From Eutreptiella sp. 'Long Island Sound 2002' (Eukaryota; Protista; Euglenida), in NCBI GenBank assembly GCA_964036045.1, contig OZ038379.1, forward strand, positions 65,472,001 to 65,536,000: DNA of 64,000 nucleotides, read 5' to 3'. The position numbers and the translations under genes are program-made. Below the pieces are notes generated by a model that ran no database searches, was not told the DNA's origin, and saw only the letters and a program-made list of their open reading frames with translations. The stretch's first letter is position 1, and each line of letters starts with the position of its first letter. This document shows positions 48,178 through 60,015 of this stretch, piece by piece.

Positions 48178-51117
48178 AAGAAAATCTTTGGACAAAGAAG
48201 CGTTCATAAAAGCTATTCATAACACATGGTTCGGTTCATTTCTAAAAGAGGAATTTTGAACAATACTACTCTTCATACAGGTACCAAAAGCGCCCCCCAC
48301 CCCATTGATATAGCAAAAGAAGCATCATAGGCCGCTTGGACAGCAAAAGCGGCAAGGCGCCGTGTTTGGGTTTCCTCCATATCGCCATCTCATAAAAGTT
48401 GGCCTTTTCGATTCTGAACCGGTTACATATTGCATGCTTCCCACTGCTTGCTTACTTTCTAGATCATAAAGGTGTTTGCGGGGATTGACTATACTTCATG
48501 ACCAAAAATTACTTCTGGATTGCGGATCCGGATGTATTTGCTTGTTGTGCTTTTCCTTATCGGTGCGCACTTTTGTGGCCTGTTACCTCCACCATCAAAC
48601 AAGCATAAGTGTGAATGATGCGCTACCAAGCATCCCTTTTACTTCCACACAAAGACATCCCAAAGGCACTCTGAATGGTGGGGTCCGCCTCACAAGGCTC
48701 CTCATTTCATGTCAACTCCTCCGAACGTTCCACAGAGGCTCTTGTCCGCCACAGAGCACGCTACAACTCGCTCCATCTCCCATGGGTAGGGGGACAATGA
48801 GGACATGGCCAAAATTGCCACAGTTCCTACACCTCGGACTTTTCAACCGGGTACCACTGCCGGTCACATCTTCTCCAAGCGGTCGGTGTTGATGGCCTTG
48901 CAACCGGGTGAAGGATCGCACCACTTGCTCTCAATGAAGGGGGTAGCGTGCGAAAAAAGTAACCTCGGTACGCGAAATTCAGCCCGGTACGGGAGGGACA
49001 AGTGTCGCAGTTAAAAAGGAAATAACGACCACTGTTGAAAAGTGCCCGGTTTCCAGGGTATGCCCAGGACCATTGTTGGGGTCGAAAAATAGCATGTTAG
49101 TGGCGCACAGCTAATCGCGCATGAGTGATTGCGGTCCTGGTTGACGGTTTTTGGAAGCTTAGAGCTGCCACTGCAGCTATGCCGCAATCTAGAGGTCCCC
49201 CTACTTGGGCAGTACACTGCTTTTTTTAGGCCACATTGCCCAGGTGGGGCGCCCTAGGGGCGCCGACCACACGTGTGCGTCTTCCTCAAACGTTGTTCCT
49301 TCATTTCGAATATTGGTCCTAGTCGGCAGTACGTCCGTTAGACAGGTGGCCAATGGTAACCTCAGGGACTCATTTTGGTTGCACATCTCAAGAGTAGTTG
49401 GTCCGTTGTTGCTTGGTCGTGCTAAATGATCGTGCTTTTCAGTGTGACCGCGCAATGTGGTCACACACATGGCTGGCCGGAGGTCCCGGACAGTGCGAGC
49501 ATTCTTGTTAAACCCACTCCTCCGCGTTTTCGTTGTAGACAATACAAATCTTTCACTTTTCCACAAATGGCTCACATGCGCACATCTCCGCCCTGCTTGT
49601 CTCCCATGAGCGGTGCCACAATGTGGCGCAACTGCACCGTCTCGACGAAGAAGTCACAGTGCCCCTGTGGTAGAGGCCTGCCGATAGTGTAGGCCGAGAG
49701 AGAAAGGCACTAGGTTTCCACTGCTCAGGTGCCCGGCATATGGATTGGATGTTGTACGGCAAAGTCGTGCCGGAGGTCTTTTAGAGTAGTGTCGCCTTAG
49801 ATACTGCCCTAATGAACATGCCCATCCGCGTAGACAAGCATCCGGAGCTCCTAGCTGCTCTGTGGCTCGCCTGTGCATTGGCTGCTTGTGGCGCACCCGT
49901 TGTCGCTTGTGCCCACTCTCCGGGTCTCAGACCTCGATGACTGCTCCGATTGCCCTTAGCGGTTGCAAGTGTCCCTGGGTGCTTCCCAGATAGGTCCCCA
50001 CGTTGTAGCAGCTGCGGCGGATGTACCCCGTCGTGCGGGGCAGCTATGAGAAGCCGCTTTTGAATGTCTGTGACAGACGAGGGCTTTTCGCCCTCATGTG
50101 CCATACGGATGGTCGTTGGGACGACATAGCGGGCCGTTGGTGGCCTTGTTTGCCGTGCCTTGATCTGCTACCCCGGAAGCATGCAGCTAGGCTGAACAGC
50201 TGGATGAACATCGCCATTCGTCCAACCGACATAGAGCCATATTACCGGCAAAAGAGCCATGTGCTGTCCCGGTGCCTCCGCAGGGCCAAGGACAAGGGGT
50301 ACGTTGCCCACGAGCCGTTAGGCCAATTACACGAGGACCTCCGAAAGTTCGGGTAGCGTTGCGAGAGCTACAAGGCGCTCGCTGTTGCCATCGCAGACAA
50401 AGACCGTCCTCTTGTTGACGTCGGGCAGCACGGCTTCTTAAGGCTGCGTGGGCTCGAGCCAAAATGTCGGGTCACCTCTGCGATGCATGCAGCATGCCGT
50501 CCTAGGATGCCTGGGACAGGGATGATGCCCCTCTAGCACCACTAGGCGTTGGGGGGTCCAAGGTGTTGCAAGCGCTCGACAACGCCGGGTACCTACCCAG
50601 CTACGACACCGGCCGAAGGCACGTTGAGGGAGCCCCCCTGTGTAAGCTCCAACGTGCTGCCCACTCTGTCCTGGCTTGTGGAGGCCCTAAGCCACTTCGT
50701 GGGTGTCCATGTGTAGCACCTGTGCATGCACTAAATCCATGTGGAGGACGTCATCATTGTCTCTCGCGAGGCAGTCGCGGTGGGATTGTGCGCTATGTGT
50801 TGCCGGCACGCCATGCCCTTGGCCATGGTGACGCCGTGGAGGCTTTGGCCCAACAGCTGGAGGAGCACCCCGATACGTACCAAGCCACCAACCGTGCAGC
50901 GGTTGTGTGTCCAGCTCCCCATACAGAGCAGGAGAACTACACCATCCCTATGTGGGTCATCCGCACATGCGGCAAGTTCAAGGCGCGGCATTCGCATGCT
51001 GTGTGGAAGCCTATGGCGGAGCTCTGCCTCAATGCTGCATTTCAGGACCGTGGTTTCCTCCTATCCGCAGATGCGAATGGTGATACACGGCGGTCCCGCG
51101 AGATGGAGGCCGCACTA

Positions 51118-51359
51118 CATGCTTAGGGTACTAGCACCCGCTGGTGTATGCCTTGGATTCTACACTGTGCATTCAAAACAGATGAGTTTGGAATGTGTGA
51201 AATCTTTGCCCCCCCTAATTGATGAAACGAGTGTCCCACATGCTTAGGGTACTAGCACCCGCTGGTGTATGCCTTGGATTCTACACAGTGCATTCAAAAC
51301 AGATGAGTTTGGAATGTGTGAAATCTTTGACCCCCCTAATTGATGAAATGGGTGTCCCA
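51118..51359 (+). repeat. Recent 121-bp tandem duplication
   Basis: 51118-51238 and 51239-51359 are nearly identical. Confidence 0.95.
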
Positions 51360-51431
51360 CATGTTGGGGGAGAATACCCTCATTTTGCAGGGGGGGGTTG
51401 TCTTTTGGTGTAATGTTGGAGCTACAGAACC

Positions 51432-52235
51432 ATGGTGACGACCCCAAGCCCGTTTTACCCCCCCCCCCCCGTTTCAGAGAACAATCGAGAGGTTGCGCCC
51501 GGGTTTGACCTCTTGAAGGCAATGTCTCCAATAGGCCGGACAGCCATGGACAAGCCTAGCCTGCCGCCCCCAATGGCCCGTGCTCCCCACCATCCCGTTG
51601 TTTTCGGTACGGCCCTTGAAAAATTCATAGGGTGGGTTCATAACATAGACCTGGGGCCAACGGTAGCACTGGAAGACATCACCAAGACTAACTTTATTAT
51701 ACACCCCATCCGACTCCGGTGTCAACGATTCCGGGATTGCTGGTAGTGGCACTTCGTTCGCACAGTCCAAGGTTTCGCTGTGATTGCCCCCTTTCCCCAA
51801 AGGATGGCCAGAAATAGGCACAGAGCATAGAATTTTTTCCCGTATCTGTGTGGCCACCACGGGGCTAAGGACGGCTTTTGCCTTGTGAGGACCATTGTGA
51901 TCGACCGCAACTGCCTGGTGGCTGAGCTGGCATTGCGGTCGTCAACTGCAATGGTTGTAGCAACGATCTACAGCCGCCACTCCACGTGGCAGTAGACGTG
52001 GTCTTGCTATTCTTACCTTGACCGTACGTTGCCACAGCACTACACGGCAGACTTGGACATCAGCCGGGTCGACCTGCCCTCGGTTTGCCGGCGTGCTGCC
52101 GACAAGGCCATCATTCGTCCGTGGTGGCCCGCTGCAGCGTACCATGACCCCAAGGAGTGTAACTTTTTCGGATCATTGGGGGAGGACATTTTGTACGTTG
52201 ACCCTGATCATGTGTGGGTTTACTACAAGGGATAG
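51432..52235 (+). pseudogene. Decayed coding frame, possibly EEP/apurinic endonuclease
   Basis: One frame broken only by TAG (51744, 51828, 51993, 52233); VVATIYS, HYTADLD, VDPDHVWV resemble EEP motifs. A competing antisense NPPY reading exists. Confidence 0.35.
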
Positions 52236-54504
52236 TGGAGATGGGCAAACCGAGTATGATGAGGATGCCTGCACTGAGCTCAAGAGGGGCGTATTGTGTA
52301 TTGTATAAGCTCATCAATGGGAAGCATGTCCGGCAGTTAGGTTACCCCCTTGCCAGGACTTCGGGCATCCCGGATGGTTTCGGGGTTCCGGTTACCATAA
52401 TGGGCGTGGAAGGGCTGCCCCTTTGTGGCAATTTCGAACCTCACAGGGCAACCATCACAAAGTGCGCCCTGCTGGCTCACCTTTTCATCCACCCTCATTC
52501 GGGGGAGGAGTGTCATTGACCCACGCCATCCATAGCTTTCAAAGGGGGCGGTGTTTGTGATAGGGATGCCGCGCAGGTTTGCTTGCATGGAGGGGGATCA
52601 GAAGTTGGTAAGGGAAGAGGGAGCAGGACAATTTGTGTGGCTGGAATATGCTGCCTGTGAGTGCGTGAACCTTGACTTTGAAGAGGGGGTGTGGATTCTG
52701 CAAGCCGCGTTCTTGGATAATTGTGCCTAGTAGCTAATTTCCAAAACACAGGTAGCAGCACTGCTGCCTAGGGAGGCTGCTGCCAACGACGGGCTTACGG
52801 TGGTGCTCGTAGCGGTCCGTACCCTAGAGACCTACGTTAAAACCAATATGGTAAAGTTTGATCTTTTGAGAAATGAAAGGGGGTGAAAATTTAGATATCA
52901 ATGCACCGCTTTCCTTGTGCGCGTACCATGCCCATTACGGGTTTTCAGTTGGTCAAAGTGTGCACAACGAGGTGGTAGAGGGGTTCCATACTCTTCTGAG
53001 GCTATTACACATGCCCGTATCCCTCTCCCCGGTCCCCTTACTCCCACCACTCCCAACCACCCTTTGCTATCGTGTAGGTCTCATTATGCCTTTCTCTTAG
53101 GACACCATTCTCGAACAAAGTATGACACTCACGCGTTCGAGTGGGGCCAAGAGTGTGCGCGACCCATTGGCCTCACAACTCCTTGGTGACTGAGTGGTGA
53201 CATCCCTTTTGGCTAAGGCCCGTTGGTACGAGGCCACCGAGGTTGTGCAACTCCCCAAAGGCCGCTCTGGAACACCTTGAGTGTCTTGGCAAGTCCAAGG
53301 GCAAGAACCCCCCCCCCCAAAGCCTTCAAGCCTTAACAAACAGAGTCTGAATCTCACTCTTTTAGCACGGATGTGAGTGACACAAGGCGACAGCATAAGA
53401 GGCGAAAGTTCAGGAAAAGCGAAACCTAGGACAAGGCCGCTAACGTCTGCGAAAGACACAGGGAGCAAGAGTCAGAGCAATGCAGAAGCGCACATGATCT
53501 GCGCATCTTGACTGCGGTATCCCTACAGGTATTATACCTGCAAATGCCTGAACGCCCCAAAGCTGCGTCGTGGCGCAGAGGAAACCGTTGATGTGAGCTC
53601 CGCGTTGTGTCGCGAAGCACGGCATCAACGAAGCCCAGCGACAGCCACAGCTGTGTACAAACACAACCTCCGCGTCCTGTCGCGGAGGAGCTCTCTGGCG
53701 TATTGCCTCCAAGAAAGCCATGGGAAAGGCGGGGGCCACATAAGTATCGACATGGTCCATACACACAAGTGAAACTGGCCTCCAAGAAAATCAAGCCCCA
53801 GGAAGCACGCCAGCGTCTCAAGGTACAAGCACTCAACTAGCTGGACGCCATAGCAGAGGAAGGGCTGAGAGCTATCAATGCGGAGCTAAACACTATGGCC
53901 TAGTCCCATAATCAGCAAATCCGGCTTCGACTGGATCAACCTCACAGCACAAACATGCACTGTCAAATTGTGGACAATCATGGAGAACCATTGCTGATGA
54001 ACAATCAAGAACTCTACTCGGTGATGGTCCAAATCAAATGGACTCTGAAGGAAATGGACTCGGGCTCTGACAAACATGCAGATTGAGTGGCGATCCAAGA
54101 GTGCTGGCAAGTGGCATCCGTTCCAATGGGAGGGAATCCTCCCCTGCCCAATGGCAGACGGCCACAGACCGGTGCCTTCCTCTGTCAGCAGGAATGGAGA
54201 CTGCCTGCACGCGTGGCTGACGGGCCGAGCTGATCTCATAAGGCTGCTTCAAAACGCGCTCTTCGAGCAACCGGACCCGGTAACGGGGGACGCTGTACGG
54301 TTCCTCTACACGGTGCTGCGCACACCGCCATGCGAACGGCGATATGCCTGAAATGAGCCAGCAAGCGGAGAGGGGGGTAAGAGGAGGCAGAGACACTAGG
54401 GAGAGAGGGACAGAGAGAAAGGGTGGGGAGGGTGAGAAAGAAAGACAACCTCCTGGGGCGGGTGAGGAGAAAGAGAAACCCCCTTGGGAGGGTGAAGAGG
54501 GCGA

Positions 54505-54528
54505 GACGTTGACAGAGAGAGAGCGAGG

Positions 54529-54573
<45 letters not shown>

Positions 54574-54670
54574 GGCGAGATACAGAGAGAGGGAGTGGGC
54601 GAGACACGCAGAGAGAGAGAGAAGCCCACATAGCAAAAGACCAGAGAGAGAGAAAGAGAGAGAGAGAGAA
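54505..54670. repeat. Imperfect (GA)n microsatellite
   Basis: Interrupted GA dinucleotide runs. Confidence 0.95.
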
Positions 54671-55124
54671 AGAACCGCAGAGCGAGGATTAGAGACTAAC
54701 TGGCACTGTGGGAGGCTGTTGGGTGCGAGGTGACCCAGATGTACAGTTGGCCAAGGCCAAAGCACAATCAAAAGCCACCTTGTGTGGTACAGAACTGGTC
54801 CGCGCTGCAATGTAGCAAGGCAAAACATTGAACTAAGCCGTGATGACCATGCGCCTGTGACACGGGGGCATTTGTGAACCCAGTATCCATTGCCTCATGG
54901 CCCCCCAAGCCTTCGGGTCAATGTGACCCGAAGACTAACCCCGAGATTGACCCCTAGACTAACCCTCCGACTAACCCCAAACCAGACAACAACCCCAACC
55001 CTAACTGAACCCCTCACCCCTCCCAGCAATTGTGGGACCCCAAAGACGGGTCGCAAGAAGTTTGCGAACACTTCGCACTCCAAAAGGTGACACCACTTGT
55101 GGCACCTTACAAAAACTGGCCATG

Positions 55125-57376
55125 CCCTTGGTACACGCTAGAATACCCAATCTCGTTCTAGCCTAGAACCGGCTAGAGCGGCTAGAATGAAAAAAAGAGG
55201 GGGATACCCCCCCCCCCCCCGCATGGGGGCGGGGAGGGGGGGGGATGAGGTGTCTAACCTCGACCCCCCTATCCATACTCGGGGGCCCATACTTTTTTTT
55301 CACAATTTCACAGTTTTCACCTGATTTTGCAGTCCAAAAATTTTTCGTTCTAGCGGTGTTCTAGCTACGTTCGCTAGAACGTCGCTAGAACATTCTAGCC
55401 TAGAACACAATCAGAACAAAAACATTCATGCATGTGTCGCATCTAAGGGACACCAAAGTGGGGGTGGGGTGGAGGGGTAATACACATACACTAATAAAAA
55501 TCAACACACTTGACGCATGCATAGTCATCTGTGCCCCCCCCCCCCCACACACTTTGGCATAGGCATATGCCCGACACAACACACAGCACAAGATGTCACG
55601 GGGGGGGAGGGTGGGCCAAGAGGTCAAACACAAGCACCGCACACACACACCCTCAATGTCAAGCTATCAGCCTCCCCCCCCTCTTTCCATGTTGTGGTCT
55701 GGGTTGTGGGGCCCCTGCTTGTTTTGCCTATGGTTAGGGAGGGTATCCATTTCCTCTTTGCAGTTGTGCTGGTTTTTTTTATTGCCATGCGGATGTCAAG
55801 AAGTTGGTACACAGTGACACCAAGAGGTAGGTGTGTTACTCCTTCCCTCCTCCCTGCCATGTACACGTGTGTGACCGTGTGTCTGTGGTATGGGGTTGCC
55901 TAGTGCACTGCTGTAGCGTCAGGAGCTGTGCTGTGCGGGTCAGTGGTATGCTTTGTCCCTCCTCCTCCAAGTTTATGCAACCCCCCCCCCCCCCCCCTGT
56001 GTGCACTGGTGATTGGCTTGTTGCTTGGTTGGCTGTTGGTTTTCGGGTTGCTTGGTTGGTTGTTGCGTTGGTTGGTTGGTTGTTGGTTGATTGGTTCTGG
56101 CACATCCGAGTCTGGCTGGTTGGTTGGTTGGTTGGTTGGTTGGTTGGTTGGTTTGTTGGTTGGTTGGTTGTTGGCTAGTTGCTGGGGTGTATGTGTGTGT
56201 ATTGTCTGCACACATGCTGTGTGGTGTTGCAGCAAAGTGTGTCTGTGTGTAAGCCTGTATGTGCAGCGATTGCAAAGGTCCTGGGGGGGGTTGCGCACAT
56301 TTCATTTTGGTGTTCTGGGCGCGTTCTAGCGGGGTGTTCTAGTGGCGTTCTAGCGAGGTGTTCTAGCGGCGTTCTAGGGAGCAAAGCGGCGTTCTAGCGG
56401 CGTTCTAGCGAGGTCTTCTAGCGGCGTTCTAGGGAGCGAAGCGGCGTTCTAGCGGCGTTCTAGCGGCGCCGCTTCGCTCCCTAGAACGCCGCTAGAAAAC
56501 CTCGCTAGAACACCGCTAGAACGCCAAAATGAAATGTGCACAACCCCCCCAAAGACCCTTGCAATCGCTGCACATACAGGCTTACACACAGGCACAGTGT
56601 GTAGCAACACCACACAGCATGTGTGCGGACAATACACACATACACACGCCAGTAAGTAGCCAACAACCAACCAACCAACGAACCAACCAACCAACCAACC
56701 AACCACCTCACCAACCAGCCAAACACAGCTGTGCCAGAACCAATCAACCAACAACCAACCACACAACGCAACAACCAACCAAGCAACCCGAAAACCAACA
56801 GCCAACCAACCAACAGGCCAAGTACCAGTGCACACGGGGGGGGGAGGTTGCAAAACCTGGGAGGAGGGGGGACAAAGCATACCACTGACCCGCACAACAG
56901 CACAATGCATAACCCAGCGGGGGGAGTGGGGGGGCAATGGAGGAGGGATGGTGGGAAGGGAGAACCTGTACACTAGACAACCCCACACCACAGACACACA
57001 TGGCAGGGAGGACGGAAGGAGTAACACACCTACCTCTTGGTGTCACCGTGTACCCACTTCTTGACATCCACATTGGAATAAAAAAAACCAGCACACCTGC
57101 AAAGAGGAAATGGATACCCTCTCGAACCTTAAGCACAACAAGCAGGGGCCCCACAACCCAGACCACAACATGGAAAGGGGGGGGGGGGGGCTGATAGCTG
57201 GACATTGAGGGAGTGTTTGTGCGGTGCTTAATTAGTTAATTGTTTTTGGCCCCTTACCCACCCTCCCCACCCTTGACATTGTATGTTGTTTGTTGTGTTC
57301 TGCCTATGCTTTTGCAAAACTGTGTGTATGCTACGGGGGGGGGGGGCATATGCGTATGCATGCGTCAAGTGTGTTG
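55125..57376. mobile_element. Foldback-like element: about 0.9-kb diverged inverted arms around a GTTCTAGC array, preceded by a CCCTTGGTACAC terminus
   Basis: 55502-56467 is the reverse complement of 56468-57376, including (TTGG)n/(CCAA)n; centre AGCGGC|GCCGCT; terminus and small hairpin at 55125-55405. Confidence 0.8.
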
Positions 57377-57886
57377 GTTGCTATGAACATAATGTGAATG
57401 CGCATCTTGCCCAACGGTGCTGTCTTCCCAAATCTTGGCACCCGGTAGGCAACCTCCCCACCCCGCCTCCCTAGAGACCTGTGTCAAAACCAATGTTTTT
57501 AAGTTTTGGCCGAAAAATTAATATGTTCACTAAAAGTGGACCCTTTCTGGGGGGGGGGAGGGGTTGAGGGATTTTGAGGAGAAAAGGCGCACCCCCACAG
57601 GGTGCCTTTCGGGATCGGGTGCCATGTTCAACCGGGGGTCGGGGGGGGCGGTGTCACCGGTTTCCTTGCAAAAAGCGATTAAAATGGTCCTCCTTTTAAT
57701 TTTTGATTTGAATTTTTGGATTCATTTTTAAAATATTAAAAATCAAAGAGTCGCCGGCATAGATATTAACGTGCCAGATATTAAGTCTTTTCTGCAAAAA
57801 TTAACCCTTGCTAAAAAGGCCCTACCAACACAAAACAACACAACATATACCTTTTTCATTTATTCGGATACCATTTCTGGCCATCA

Positions 57887-58015
57887 CCCCTGGCACACGG
57901 TAAAAGACCCAATCTTGTTCTAGCCTAGAACACTCTAGCCTAGATGTCCTAGCCTAGAATGGTTGTAGCCCAGAACACAGATCGTTCTAGCCCGGAGTGG
58001 TCGAATAGGTAGAAC
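57887..58015 (+). mobile_element. Terminus of another copy of the GTTCTAGC-motif family
   Basis: CCCCTGGCACACGG...ACCCAATCTTGTTCTAGCCTAGAAC matches 55125-55170. Confidence 0.7.
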
Positions 58016-60015
58016 ATAAAAAAAACAAATTATCACAGTGGGTTGGGGGGTGCACAACACGAACACTCCATGTGTACTGTGAAACAGTCATTTCTCTTTG
58101 CTTGGGTTTCTTGTGGATTCTTGTTGCGTTTTCTCTATGCCCCGTGTAAAGTGGATGTGGGGGCAGAGGCGCAGCCGCTTTATGCGCAAGTACGTTTTTT
58201 TTGTAACTTCGGCATGCGGGCAGCATGCAAGGAGGGTGTGCAAGTTCTGCATGTTGAATGCCCCGTCGACGGTTGCGGCTGTGTTGGCAGTGGAGGCACA
58301 ACATGCGCCCCCAATGTGGGGAGCAACACTCGGACCTCTAGGTGGCTGATGAACGCGCAGAGCAAAGGGACCGGGGCCTTTGGAGCTTGTTGTCTTGGGG
58401 GAGGGGGAGGGGGCTTTTGGGGACAATAAGAGGAAATCTGGGTGGATGAAGCTCGAAAGGAAGCAGAAGCGCACAAAAAAGCGCACTACGATCCGCAGTG
58501 CCCTGCGCGGCGACACGTAGGAGAGGGTGGAGGAGGGGGGGAGCGGCCTTGCGCCGCCTAGGCGCTCGGTTGAAAAGTTGGACAACTCGGAGGCCCCAGC
58601 AACCCTTGAGAGGGGATTTGACCAACTGCGGAGGAACCTAAGGCGGGCAGAGGCACGGGACCTCGCCTTTGTGCGTGGTGACTCCTCGTGCAACTCGCAA
58701 TCCTTCCCGGGGTCCCCTTCCTTTGCACCGCCTTCAGATGGAAGTAGGGGCCCGAAACAAAACATTTCCCAAGGTTTTGCCATGCCCAGGGACCCGTTGG
58801 CGACTCGGTCAACTATCTCAGTGCCTAGTACGAGTAGTTGCCCCCCCCCCGCCCCGCCCCTTTTCGTGTCCCCCCACCCACACTCCACTGGCCTGCCAAG
58901 TAGGCTGCTGGCACCTCTGACCCTCTCTATACAGCTCGGCATGATGTCGAGCCCTATCATCGTGGCTTCTTCAGTGCCCTGCAGCGGTTCCTTGTGACAC
59001 GAGGACCTCGGCAGGGGGGACATACTTGGGGGGTTGTGGGGGGGATGGTGGTGGCACAGTGGTGGCCATCAGCGCCTTTGCCAGGGCTTCCACTTCCCCC
59101 TGGTATGGAGTTAATGAAAGGTGGGGTCTACGAGGAGGACTTGCTTTCGGTGGAGGAGGTGTTGGTGCCTGGATGGATGGAGGGAGAGAGGGGGGTGGTG
59201 TCAACATCAGGGGCTGGGGCGAGGCCCATTCGCTGAGACACCTCTCAGCATCAGAGTCACACGGGGGCGATGGGCGTTGGTGCCCAAAACGTAGGACCTC
59301 TTGCAAATACCCAAAGACCCCCCCACCCCACAAAACCCACTTTCCAGAAGTTCTACGGTACCAAGACATTGCAGGTCATCCGGGATATCCACAAGAGGGG
59401 GGGGGGGGTTCAATATTTTGTAGACGGGATGTTGAACCGCCGAGCCATGTATCGGTTTGCGGTTCCATATCCTACGAAGGAACGCCTGCTAATATGACAT
59501 GGGGGCATGCGGATTGGCCGTTCACGTTTGCTCAGCAGGGACGAGGAGCACGCAGCACGGGTGCTCGAAACCCTCTTTGCTGCCTCCAAACCCCCCGTGT
59601 ATCTCCAAGCCCGCCCAACCCCCCGCCGTTCGCCTCGTCGACCACTCCCCTCATCCCCCCCCCGCCCCCGCCACTAATCACATGAGGTTGACCCGGTTTA
59701 CCCGCCACTGCTGTGCATCACTGCTGCCAGTTTTTTCAGCCCCAAAGCCGCTGTGGACCGCCTTCGCCTCCTTCCCTGCTTACCGGTGGCAGCTTGGTTG
59801 GTTGCTGCCACGACCCTCCTAGTCTTCTCCCCGCCACAGCGGCCCCCATTCGGTTCGTTGCTCCGAGCGCAACCCCCCCAATAGCGACGCCGGACTTCAA
59901 CGAGACGTTCCAGTCTCCAAGTCTTCGGCGACACCTGAGGAAACAGGTTTTTACGCTGCTTTTCAACACCACCAGCCAATTGTGCACAATGGAGAAACGC
60001 CACAGTATTGTCTAA

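Larger units (their letters stand above)
41568..48290 (-). mobile_element. Full-length RAG1/Transib-like two-ORF DNA transposon (decayed), copy B/C
   Basis: About 35-bp TIRs CCCTTGGTACCTGTATGAAAAGGAGT (41568) and its near-complement ending 48290; transposase 48177-46317; ORF2 from 46336; hairpin introns; nested insert 43691-45521. Confidence 0.85.

Noticed and set aside
50021-51126. Long plus-strand ORFs as a retroelement RT or host gene
   Set aside because: Probably decayed coding DNA, but no diagnostic motif was recognised.
54034-54828. 264-aa Leu/Ser-rich and Glu/Arg-rich ORFs
   Set aside because: Translations of the (GA)n microsatellite.
55836-57205. QPTN-repeat and LVGW membrane-like ORFs
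   Set aside because: Products of (CCAA)n/(TTGG)n inside the palindrome arms.
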